A stretch of 64,000 nucleotides of DNA, from the NCBI GenBank assembly GCA_045113315.1, contig JBGUIX010000006.1:168756-232755 (forward strand). The letters run 5' to 3'. Both the position numbers and the translations under genes were made by a program. The notes below the pieces were generated by a model, which was given only the letters and a program-made list of their open reading frames with translations, searched no databases and was not told the DNA's origin. Positions within the stretch are counted from its first letter, which is position 1, and the number at the start of each line of letters is the position of its first letter. The stretch is from Bacilli bacterium (lineage in GTDB: Bacteria > Bacillota_I > Bacilli_A > RFN20 > CAG-826). Positions 1 through 8,097 of this stretch are shown one piece after another.

Positions 1-1
1 T

Positions 2-1615
2 AAGCATGAACTTGGTGAAGATGATGGCGGTGCGAATAGCCCAGACACCATTTTGGAAAAATTAGAAAATAATCCATATCCAGAAAACATCAAAGCCAAA
101 GTTAAATCCGAACTAAAGAAATTCGATATGATGCCTCAAGGTTCTTTAGAAGGAGCTTTAATTCAATCTTATTTAGATGTGGTGATGTCTATCCCTTGGT
201 GGCAAAAGACTGAGGATAACGATGATTTAACTAATGTCGAAAAGATATTAGATGAAGATCATTATGGATTAGAAAATCCAAAGAAAAGAATTATTGAATA
301 TTTAGCGGTTAAGAAATTAACTGGTAATTTAAAATCTCCGATTTTATGTTTCTATGGTCCTCCAGGAACTGGTAAAACATCATTAGGCAAAAGTATCGCG
401 AGAGCCTTAGGAAGAAAATTCTTCAAAGCCTCTTTAGGTGGTATTTCTGATGAAGCTGAAATCCGTGGTCATAGACGTACATATGTCGGTTCCTTACCTG
501 GAAGAATTATTCAAGGTATGAGAAAAGCCGGTGTTACTAACCCCGTCTTCCTTTTGGATGAAGTTGATAAATTAGCATCATCTTATAAAGGCGATCCAGC
601 GAGTGCCTTATTAGAAGTTCTCGATCCAGAACAAAATTATTCATTTAATGATAATTATGTGGAAGAACCATATGATTTAAGCGATGTCTTATTTATTTGT
701 ACAGCGAACTATTTAGAAAATATTCCTGGACCATTAAGAGATAGACTAGAATTAATTCAACTTTCTTCCTATACTGAACTTGAAAAAGTTCAAATCGCTA
801 AAGGACATCTCGTAAAAAAGCAGATGGAACTTAACGGTTTAGAAAAGAAACAAGCTAGTTTCACTGAAGGTGCGATTAAATTTATTATTCGTTCCTACAC
901 AAGAGAATCTGGTGTTCGTGACTTAGAAAGAAAGATTGCTTCTTGCTTAAGAAAAGTGGCGGTGGCGATTGTTAAAGACCCATCCATTAAAACGATCAAG
1001 ATTGATGAAGCTAAAGTTAGAGAATATTTAGGTGTCCCAATCTTTGAAGATAGTAAGAAAGAAGTGAAACCTCAAATTGGTGTTGTCACCGGTTTAGCTT
1101 ATACCGAATTCGGTGGTGATATCTTACCAATTGAAGTAAATTACTTCAAAGGTAAAGGTTCTTTAGTCTTAACTGGTCATTTAGGCGATGTCATGAAAGA
1201 AAGCTGTGCAATCGCTTTAGACTATGTGAAGAGTAACGCTGAAAAATTTAATATTGATCCCGCTATATTTGCGGATAATGATATCCACATTCACGTTCCA
1301 GAAGGAGCGGTTCCAAAAGATGGACCAAGCGCTGGTGTAGCTATTACAACTGCGATTGTTTCTTGTCTATCTAAAACGCCAGTTAATCCTGATGTGGCGA
1401 TGACAGGTGAAGTGACCTTAAGAGGTAATGCTTTACCAATCGGTGGATTAAGAGAAAAATCTTTAGCCGCTTTAAGAAGTGGTATTAAGACCATCATCGT
1501 TCCAAAGGACAATAAGAAGGATGTTGATGAACTTCCAAAGGAAGTTAAAGAGACATTAAAGATTGAATTTATGTCTAGCGCTGACGATGCGATAAAAATT
1601 GCTTTAGTAAAATAA
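2..1615 (+). CDS. lon: ATP-dependent Lon protease, 5'-truncated by the window edge (frame is open from nt 2)
   Basis: AAA+ Walker A GPPGTGKTS, Walker B FLLDEVDK, C-terminal S16 protease domain with DGPSAG and the catalytic Lys region. No stop in frame upstream of the TTG at 53. Confidence 0.85.
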   Translation, partial: KHELGEDDGGANSPDTILEKLENNPYPENIKAKVKSELKKFDMMPQGSLEGALIQSYLDVVMSIPWWQKTEDNDDLTNVEKILDEDHYGLENPKKRIIEYLAVKKLTGNLKSPILCFYGPPGTGKTSLGKSIARALGRKFFKASLGGISDEAEIRGHRRTYVGSLPGRIIQGMRKAGVTNPVFLLDEVDKLASSYKGDPASALLEVLDPEQNYSFNDNYVEEPYDLSDVLFICTANYLENIPGPLRDRLELIQLSSYTELEKVQIAKGHLVKKQMELNGLEKKQASFTEGAIKFIIRSYTRESGVRDLERKIASCLRKVAVAIVKDPSIKTIKIDEAKVREYLGVPIFEDSKKEVKPQIGVVTGLAYTEFGGDILPIEVNYFKGKGSLVLTGHLGDVMKESCAIALDYVKSNAEKFNIDPAIFADNDIHIHVPEGAVPKDGPSAGVAITTAIVSCLSKTPVNPDVAMTGEVTLRGNALPIGGLREKSLAALRSGIKTIIVPKDNKKDVDELPKEVKETLKIEFMSSADDAIKIALVK

Positions 1616-1619
1616 AATA

Positions 1620-2195
1620 ATGATTAATTTTAAAAATGTTTCATTTGTCAAATCGACTCCTTCGATTAAAGATAGACCAGGCGATCTCTCTTCGGAGATT
1701 TTAGTGGTCGGTAAATCTAATGTCGGAAAGTCATCTTTGATTAATACCTTATGTCAGAGAAAATCTTTAGCCTTTACTTCTAGTAAACCTGGTCACACTA
1801 GATTACTTAATTATTACAATATCGATAATAAGTTCTATCTAGTGGACGCTCCAGGATATGGATACGCTAAAGGGGGAGTGGATCTTGACCGTTTATTTGG
1901 GTCGATGATGGATGAATATTTTAACGATAATAAGTATTTAAAATTAGTCTTATTGCTTATCGATTCTAGAAGGGAATTCGGAGAGAATGATTTAGAAATA
2001 TTATCTTTTTTAAAAGATAATAAATATCCATTCTTTGTCGTTATCACCAAAACCGATAAGATTAACCAAAAAGGCAAATCTATATTAGAAAAAAGATTAA
2101 AAGCCTTAGGTTTAAAAGAAAACATTTATTACACATCTAGTCTAGAAACTAGAACCATTGAAAAATTAAAAGGTGGTATCGAATCATATATTTGA
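1620..2195 (+). CDS. engB: Ribosome-biogenesis GTPase EngB/YihA (YsxC)
   Basis: G1 motif GKSNVGKSSLIN, DAPGYG, TKTDK. Adjacent to lon, as lonA-ysxC in Bacillus. Confidence 0.85.
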   Translation: MINFKNVSFVKSTPSIKDRPGDLSSEILVVGKSNVGKSSLINTLCQRKSLAFTSSKPGHTRLLNYYNIDNKFYLVDAPGYGYAKGGVDLDRLFGSMMDEYFNDNKYLKLVLLLIDSRREFGENDLEILSFLKDNKYPFFVVITKTDKINQKGKSILEKRLKALGLKENIYYTSSLETRTIEKLKGGIESYI

Positions 2196-2222
2196 TGACA
2201 TTTAAATAATATTAGTTATAAT
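2195..2222 (+). promoter_or_regulatory. sigmaA-type promoter for the valS leader (-35 ATGACA, 16-nt spacer, -10 TATAAT)
   Basis: ATGACA at ~2195-2200 and TATAAT at ~2217-2222, overlapping the engB stop. Confidence 0.4.
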
Positions 2223-2228
2223 ATTTTT

Positions 2229-2424
2229 AGCCGTTGAGGAAGAGGAGTAATTATCTTTCTTAAAATAGAGAGTCGAGGATGGTGGAAGCTCGATATAAGG
2301 AAATAATGAAGGTCGCTTCGGAGGATAGTTGCCTAGCGAAAATAGGTTAATGAAGTGCGTTAGAAATAACGAATTAAGGTGGTACCGCGCTGATAGCGTC
2401 CTTAAAAATAGGGACGCTTTTATA
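2229..2424 (+). promoter_or_regulatory. T-box riboswitch leader of valS, with a terminator hairpin
   Basis: Canonical T-box sequence AATTAAGGTGGTACCGCG at 2372-2389. Intrinsic terminator AGCGTCC-N9-GGACGCTTTTAT at 2395-2424. Upstream stem-I-like hairpins carry a candidate GUC (Val) specifier in GAAGGUCGC. Confidence 0.75.
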
Positions 2425-2439
2425 TTAGGAGGAAATTAT

Positions 2440-5034
2440 ATGCTTGAAAAAAGATATGATCCGCACAAAGTTGAAGAAGGAAAATACGAGACTTGGAAGT
2501 CTAAAGGATATTTCACCGCTGGTGATAAATCTAAACAAGCTTTCTCGATGGTTATTCCTCCTCCAAATGTGACGGGTAAACTACATATTGGACATACTTG
2601 TCAAACCACAATCCAAGATATCGTAGCTAGATATAAAAAGATGCAAGGATATGACGTTTTGTGGCTCCCAGGTATGGATCACGCTGGTATTGCCACCCAA
2701 GCGAAAGTGATGGAGAAACTCCGTAACAACGGAGTGGATGTCACTAAAATCACTCGTGAAGAATTTCTAAAAGCGGCTTGGGGATGGAAAGATGAATACG
2801 CAAATAACATTCATTCTCAATGGGCCAAGATGGGTTTATCTTTAGATTACACTAGAGAGAGATTTACTCTTGATGATGGACTTAATTATGCCGTTAGAAC
2901 TGTCTTTGTATCTTTATACAATAAAGGATTAATCTATCAAGGTGAAAGAATCATCAACTGGGATCCAGTGCAGATGACCGCGTTAAGCAATATTGAAGTC
3001 ATCCACCAAAATGACCCCGGCCAAATGTTTTATTTTAAATACAATGTGGTGGGTGAAAAAGACTATTTAATCGTCGCCACAACTAGACCAGAAACCATGT
3101 TTGGTGATGTCTGTGTGGTTGTTAACCCCAAAGATAAAAGATATAAAAAATATGTTGGTAAGAAGGTTATAAATCCAGCCAATGGTGAACAAATTCCAGT
3201 TATCGCTGATGAATATGTTGATATCTCCTTTGGAACAGGGGCGATGAAATGTACACCTGCTCATGATCCTAATGACTTTATCATCGGTGAAAAATATCAT
3301 TTTGAAAAACCAATCATCTTTAATAAAGACGCAACGATGAATGATAAGTGCGGTAAATATCAGGGCATGGATCGTTTTGAATGCCGTAAGGTTTTAGTAG
3401 AAAACATTAAAAAAGATGGTAATTTCATCAAAATTGAAAATATCGTTCACCCAGTTGGCCATTCTGAAAGAAGCCATGCGGTTGTTGAACCGATGCTTTC
3501 TAAACAGTGGTTTGTGAAGATGAGACCTTTAGCCGATCAAGCTTTGGCTAATCAAAAAACTAGTGGCAAAGTTGACTTTGTTCCAAGAAGATTTGAAAAG
3601 ACTTTCATCCAATGGATGGAAAATGCGGAAGACTGGTGTATTTCTCGTCAGTTATGGTGGGGACACCGCATTCCTGCTTATTATAATAAGCACACTGGCG
3701 AAGTTGTCGTTAGCATGGATCCACCAAAAGATATGGAAAATTATGAGCAAGAGAGCGATGTTTTAGACACTTGGTTCTCTAGTGCTTTATGGCCATTCTC
3801 TACTTTAGGTTGGCCTAATAAGACTGAAGATTTTGAACGTTATTTCCCAACCGACACAATGGTTACTGCTTACGATATTATCTTCTTCTGGGTCTCTCGT
3901 ATGATTTTCCAATCCTTAGAAATGAATCACGTTAGACCGTTTAAAGAAGTGGTGATTCATGGTTTAGTAAGAGATGAACTCGGTCGTAAGATGTCTAAAT
4001 CATTAGGTAATGGTGTCGATCCAATCGAAGTTATCGATAAATATGGCGCGGACGCTTTAAGATATTTCTTAACCACAAATGCGGCGCCTGGACAAGATAT
4101 GCGTTATATCGAAGAGAAGGTCATTGCCTCTTCTAATTACCTCAATAAAATCTGGAATTCAGCGAGATATGTCCTTTCAGTTTTACCAGAGAAATTTGAA
4201 CCAAAAGAGGTTAATGTTAAAGAATTATCTCCTCTCGATCAATGGATTATTAATCGTTTAGAAAAGACTATTAAAGCTGTGACCTTAAATATGGAAAAAT
4301 ATGACTTTAACGCAGCGAGTAGTCACTTATATAACTTCGTTTATGATGATTTCTGCTCTGAGTATTTAGAGATGAGTAAAGTCTCTTTATCTTCCGATGA
4401 TGAAAAAGTGAAAAATGTTACTTATCAAACATTATTTAAATGTTTAAAAGATATTATCTTACTTATCTATCCATATACTCCATTTATTGGAGAAGAATTA
4501 TATTTGAATTTACCAGTTCATCTAGAATCTATCATGCTTGAATCTTATCCAAAATATGATGCTCATCTCGTACATTCAATAGTTGATAAACAAGTAGAAG
4601 TTTTATTCTCTATTATTAGAGATGTTCGTAATTATAAGATTGAAAACAAATTAGCGCCTAACGCTAGTTTAGATTTATCTCTTAACTTAAGAATTAAGAT
4701 GTTTGACGGTTATCAAATCTATCTAGAAAGATTTACCTTCTCCAAAGTCAAAGAAGTTGATGATTCGATCGTTAACATGCGTGGTGAACTGAAGATTTAT
4801 GATAACGCCGATTTATTAATCGTTAATGAAGCGGGTAAAGAAGATATCTTAAGAAGAATCGATAAAGAGATTAGCGAAGAAGAAAATGAGATTTTAAGAT
4901 GTCAAAAGATGCTTTCTAATCCAAACTTCATCGCTAAAGCTCCAAAAGAAAAAGTGAAACTTGAAGAAGAAAAACTTAAAACTCATCAAGAAAACTTAGC
5001 TATGCTAAAAGAGAAAAAAGAAAAACTTTCTTAA
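2440..5034 (+). CDS. valS: Valyl-tRNA synthetase
   Basis: Class I HIGH (PPPNVTGKLHIGH) and KMSKS (KMSKSLGN) motifs, C-terminal coiled coil. Start ATG at 2440 preceded by GGAGGA. Confidence 0.9.
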   Translation: MLEKRYDPHKVEEGKYETWKSKGYFTAGDKSKQAFSMVIPPPNVTGKLHIGHTCQTTIQDIVARYKKMQGYDVLWLPGMDHAGIATQAKVMEKLRNNGVDVTKITREEFLKAAWGWKDEYANNIHSQWAKMGLSLDYTRERFTLDDGLNYAVRTVFVSLYNKGLIYQGERIINWDPVQMTALSNIEVIHQNDPGQMFYFKYNVVGEKDYLIVATTRPETMFGDVCVVVNPKDKRYKKYVGKKVINPANGEQIPVIADEYVDISFGTGAMKCTPAHDPNDFIIGEKYHFEKPIIFNKDATMNDKCGKYQGMDRFECRKVLVENIKKDGNFIKIENIVHPVGHSERSHAVVEPMLSKQWFVKMRPLADQALANQKTSGKVDFVPRRFEKTFIQWMENAEDWCISRQLWWGHRIPAYYNKHTGEVVVSMDPPKDMENYEQESDVLDTWFSSALWPFSTLGWPNKTEDFERYFPTDTMVTAYDIIFFWVSRMIFQSLEMNHVRPFKEVVIHGLVRDELGRKMSKSLGNGVDPIEVIDKYGADALRYFLTTNAAPGQDMRYIEEKVIASSNYLNKIWNSARYVLSVLPEKFEPKEVNVKELSPLDQWIINRLEKTIKAVTLNMEKYDFNAASSHLYNFVYDDFCSEYLEMSKVSLSSDDEKVKNVTYQTLFKCLKDIILLIYPYTPFIGEELYLNLPVHLESIMLESYPKYDAHLVHSIVDKQVEVLFSIIRDVRNYKIENKLAPNASLDLSLNLRIKMFDGYQIYLERFTFSKVKEVDDSIVNMRGELKIYDNADLLIVNEAGKEDILRRIDKEISEEENEILRCQKMLSNPNFIAKAPKEKVKLEEEKLKTHQENLAMLKEKKEKLS

Positions 5035-5036
5035 TT

Positions 5037-5091
5037 ATTTTTGAACATTTTACCGATTAACCCCCCTATTTGTGATATAGGAGGGTTTTTT
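5037..5091 (+). promoter_or_regulatory. Conserved leader element, copy A (TTTTTGAACATTT...CCCCCCTATTTGTGATATAGGAGG-N7-ATG)
   Basis: Near-identical copies at 34820-34874 (+) and 59048-59103 (-), all at a fixed distance from an ATG. Contains the SD AGGAGG within a hairpin CCCCCCUAU/AUAGGAGGG followed by a U-run. Confidence 0.5.
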
Positions 5092-5277
5092 ATGAGAAAG
5101 ATCATTTTAACTAAAGAAGAATGTGATAACCAAAAGGTGGGAGAAGCGATTTCCCTAACAGCGGTGATGGCTATTGCGGCGATTGCCGTTATGGCGGTAG
5201 TTGTCTATCGTTTATTCATGTCTGGAAAAGGTGGTGCGACTATTCCAGGTGGATTTAAATTCTCATGGGCGGAATAA
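5092..5277 (+). CDS. Hypothetical 61-aa single-pass membrane peptide
   Basis: ATG 7 nt after AGGAGG. MRKIILTKEECDNQKVGEA, then a TM helix ISLTAVMAIAAIAVMAVVVY, then a Gly-rich tail. The TAA stop is 1 nt before the radC TTG start. Confidence 0.4.
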   Translation: MRKIILTKEECDNQKVGEAISLTAVMAIAAIAVMAVVVYRLFMSGKGGATIPGGFKFSWAE

Positions 5278-5278
5278 T

Positions 5279-5959
5279 TTGTCTAAGATTAATCACTTAC
5301 CGTTATTAGATAGACCTAGAGAGAAAGCTTTTCGTTATGGGATTGATAAATTATCAGACCACGAATTATTAGCCTTATTAATTGAAAGTGGGACGAAAGA
5401 AGAATCAGCGGTTGATATCGCTTATCGAATTATTAGTGCTTCTAACGGTTTAGTTTATCTATTTCAAAAGCCATTCTCTGATTTGACATACTTTAAGGGA
5501 GTGGGAAACGCTAAAGCTATTAAAATAGCCGCTTCTTTTGAAATTGCCAAAAGACTGATGATTGCTAGTGAAGAAAAGCCATATGTTTTAAAGGGAGAAG
5601 AAATCGCGGAGAAATATATCAAAATATTAAATGGATTAACTCAAGAAAGTATGTATCTAGTGATATTAGATAAAAAGAAGAAGATAATCCATGAAACTAA
5701 CATGTATCGCGGTAATGAAAGTAGTTTAAATACTTCCTATCGACAAATACTAAAAGAAGTCATCATCCATAACGGTTCTTATTTCTATATAGTTCATAAT
5801 CATCCAAGTGGAGATGCATTACCAAGCGAGGAAGATATCTTTTTTACGTCAGGAATTATTCATGAATCGAAGAAACTAAAACTAAAAATGCTCGATCATT
5901 TCATTATTGGAAAGGGTCAATACTACTCATTTCTACATTCGAAGATGGTCATAATATAA
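5279..5959 (+). CDS. radC: RadC-like JAB/MPN-domain protein (UPF0758)
   Basis: N-terminal (TTG)SKINHLPLLDRPREKAF matches the RadC consensus. HNHPSGDALPSEED is the JAMM motif. TTG start at 5279 preferred over the ATG at 5201, which overlaps the upstream peptide ORF. Confidence 0.75.
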   Translation: MSKINHLPLLDRPREKAFRYGIDKLSDHELLALLIESGTKEESAVDIAYRIISASNGLVYLFQKPFSDLTYFKGVGNAKAIKIAASFEIAKRLMIASEEKPYVLKGEEIAEKYIKILNGLTQESMYLVILDKKKKIIHETNMYRGNESSLNTSYRQILKEVIIHNGSYFYIVHNHPSGDALPSEEDIFFTSGIIHESKKLKLKMLDHFIIGKGQYYSFLHSKMVII

Positions 5960-6039
5960 AAGTTTAGATTATGGCTTAAAAAATATTTAAGAAAATTATT
6001 GAAGTTTATATATAACTTTTGTTATATTAATAACGTTGT

Positions 6040-6130
6040 CGCCTCACTAGCTACAACCGCATAGAGAAGGTTTGCAAAACCTATTAAGGTTACCTTAATA
6101 GCGAGTCCTTAGTGAATCTAAAATAAGGAG
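6040..6130 (+). promoter_or_regulatory. Structured 5' leader of rplU (candidate L21 autoregulatory leader)
   Basis: Several nested hairpins (GGTTTGCAAAACC; AAGGTTACCTTAA; TCACTAG..CTTAGTGA) just upstream of the rplU RBS AAGGAGG. Confidence 0.3.
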
Positions 6131-6137
6131 GGACATT

Positions 6138-6443
6138 ATGTACGCAATTATCGAAACAGGTGGTAAACAAGTCCGTGTCGAAGTCGGTAGCAAAATTTAC
6201 GTTGAGAAATTAGAAGCCGAAGTCGGAAGTGTTGTCACCATCGACAAAGTTCTCTTAGTCGGAGACAAAACTGTGAAAGTCGGTACTCCATATGTGGAAG
6301 GCGCCAAAGTCACAGCCAAAGTCGAAAAACAAGGAAAGAGCAGAAAAATCCGTGTTTTCAAGTATAAGAGCAAGAGCAATGAACACAAGACCATTGGTCA
6401 TCGTCAACCATATACTTGCTTAGTCGTTGAAAGCATCAAGTAA
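6138..6443 (+). CDS. rplU: 50S ribosomal protein L21
   Basis: [17 protein letters not shown]... is canonical L21. Confidence 0.9.
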   Translation: MYAIIETGGKQVRVEVGSKIYVEKLEAEVGSVVTIDKVLLVGDKTVKVGTPYVEGAKVTAKVEKQGKSRKIRVFKYKSKSNEHKTIGHRQPYTCLVVESIK

Positions 6444-6445
6444 TC

Positions 6446-6751
6446 ATGATTAAAGTTTTAATCAAACAAGAGGAGAAGAAATTAGTTTCCTTAAAAGTTA
6501 GTGGACATGCTAATAGTGCACCACATGGTGAAGATCTCGTCTGTGCAGCCGTCAGTGCTGTCCTAGTAGGAGGTCTTAATAATTTAGCAAATCCTAAAGA
6601 CTTCGATATTAAGATATCGGAAGGAAATACCTATGTAATCGTCAAAAATAAGATTTCTTCCCACGATGAAATTGTCTTAGAAACAATCATCACTAGTCTA
6701 AAGACTATTGAAGAGAGTTATGGCAAATTCATCCAAATCAAAAATATTTAG
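6446..6751 (+). CDS. prp: Ribosomal-processing cysteine protease Prp (YsxB)
   Basis: Lies between rplU and rpmA. Conserved [15 protein letters not shown] motif. Confidence 0.8.
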   Translation: MIKVLIKQEEKKLVSLKVSGHANSAPHGEDLVCAAVSAVLVGGLNNLANPKDFDIKISEGNTYVIVKNKISSHDEIVLETIITSLKTIEESYGKFIQIKNI

Positions 6752-6766
6752 AAAGGGTGTCGTCGT

Positions 6767-7055
6767 TATGATGTTTAAATTAAATCTACAACTCTTCGCT
6801 TCTAAAAAAGGTGTTGGTTCAACTAAAAACGGTCGTGATTCCGCTGGTCGTCGTCTAGGAGCTAAAGTCGCTGATGGACAATATTGCCACTGCGGTTCCA
6901 TTATCTATCGTCAAAGAGGAACCAGAATTTATCCAGGGGAAAATACCAAAAGAGGCAAAGATGATACAATCTTCGCAACCGCTTCCGGTATTGTTCGTTA
7001 TGAACGCCTTGGCAAAGATCGCACTTGCGTGAGAGTTGTTGTCGCTAGCAAATAG
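6767..7055 (+). CDS. rpmA: 50S ribosomal protein L27 with an N-terminal propeptide
   Basis: [25 protein letters not shown] has the Prp cleavage site motif (F/ASKKG). Confidence 0.9.
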
Positions 7056-7073
7056 TGATAATAATTTGTAAAT

Positions 7074-7103
7074 AAGACCACTTATTTGTGGTCTTTTTAT
7101 TTT
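7074..7103 (+). terminator. Rho-independent terminator after rpmA
   Basis: AAGACCAC-TTATTT-GTGGTCTT followed by TTTTTATTTT. Confidence 0.75.
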
Positions 7104-7135
7104 GCTTTATATATAATATAACTAGGTACATATTC

Positions 7136-8095
7136 ATGAAAAAGATTTCATTAGTTATTCCAATGTATAACGAAGAGGAAATGGTTCCTTTGTTATTTTC
7201 TACTTTAAACGAAAAATTATTCGTTCCATTAAAAGATAGATATGCTTTTGAAGTGGTCGCTATTAATGATGGTTCCAAAGACAAAACTTTAGAATTATTA
7301 AAAATAGAACAGGAAAAATATCCTCAATTAGTGATTGTTAATCTATCTAGAAACTGGGGACAAGAACCGGCTGTTAGAGCGGGACTAGTGACCGCTAGTG
7401 GAGAGGCTGTTATTCCGATGGATGCTGATTTACAAGATCCACCAGAAATCATTCCGCAAATGTTAGAGATGTGGAATAACGGTTATGAAGTCGTGAATGC
7501 CATCCGTGTTTCAAGAAGTAAAGACACTTCATTTAAAAGAAATAGCGCTGGTATATTCTATAGATTCTTAGATAAGATTTCACCTAAGGTGAAAATACCA
7601 AATAACGTCAATAATTTCCGTTTATTAGATAGAAGAGTAGTTGATGAAGTGAATGCGATGAGTGAGACTAACCGCATTTTAAGAGTGGAGATTCCATTTG
7701 TTGGTTTTAAAACTGGAGCTGTCGAAATTGTTCGCGCTAAAAGAGCCAAAGGTGAAAGCCATTATCCACTTAAAGCTATGGTTTCTTTAGCGAAAAACTC
7801 CATGCTTTCAGTGAGTGTTAAACCTTTAGAATATCCCGTTTATATCGCGATCTTTTTAGCGAGTACTTATATGCTTTCTGCTATTGCAGAATTAGTGTTA
7901 TTTATTCTAAAACTTTGTAAAGTTATCGATATTTCTTCATTAGCCCTTTGGTCATGGTTAGTGATTAATGTCATATTATTTATCGCTACTATTATCGTTT
8001 CTATCCAAGCCCTTAATTCCTTATATCTTGGAAAAGCGGTGGAAGAAAGTGCAAAAAGACCAAGTGTTATCATTAAGGAAATTATTAGAAAATAA
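7136..8095 (+). CDS. Family-2 glycosyltransferase (polyprenyl-phosphate sugar transferase, GtrB/DPM1-like) with two C-terminal TM helices
   Basis: VIPMYNEE..INDGSKD..DADLQDP is a GT2 DxD-type fold, plus C-terminal hydrophobic helices. ATG at 7136; the GTG at 7088 lies inside the terminator. Confidence 0.75.
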   Translation: MKKISLVIPMYNEEEMVPLLFSTLNEKLFVPLKDRYAFEVVAINDGSKDKTLELLKIEQEKYPQLVIVNLSRNWGQEPAVRAGLVTASGEAVIPMDADLQDPPEIIPQMLEMWNNGYEVVNAIRVSRSKDTSFKRNSAGIFYRFLDKISPKVKIPNNVNNFRLLDRRVVDEVNAMSETNRILRVEIPFVGFKTGAVEIVRAKRAKGESHYPLKAMVSLAKNSMLSVSVKPLEYPVYIAIFLASTYMLSAIAELVLFILKLCKVIDISSLALWSWLVINVILFIATIIVSIQALNSLYLGKAVEESAKRPSVIIKEIIRK

Positions 8096-8097
8096 TT

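Noticed and set aside
5037-5094. Interpreting the shared motif as a sigmaD (TAAA-N15-GCCGATAT), sigma54 (GG-N10-GC) or ComX cin-box promoter
   Set aside because: Only partial resemblance (GTGATAT versus CCGATAT). No TAAA or GG/GC elements at the required spacing in all three copies. Left as an unknown promoter or riboregulator.
5092-5277. Double-glycine leader peptide (C39 substrate) in the 61-aa ORF
   Set aside because: N-terminus lacks the LSxxELxxIxGG pattern. GG pairs occur only near the C-terminus.
5201-5278. ATG-initiated N-terminal extension of radC (MSIVYSCLEK...)
   Set aside because: Overlaps the upstream peptide ORF by 77 nt and is not conserved-looking. The TTG at 5279 gives the canonical RadC N-terminus.
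7088-7135. GTG start for the GT2 gene
   Set aside because: Lies inside the rpmA terminator hairpin. The ATG at 7136 is preferred.
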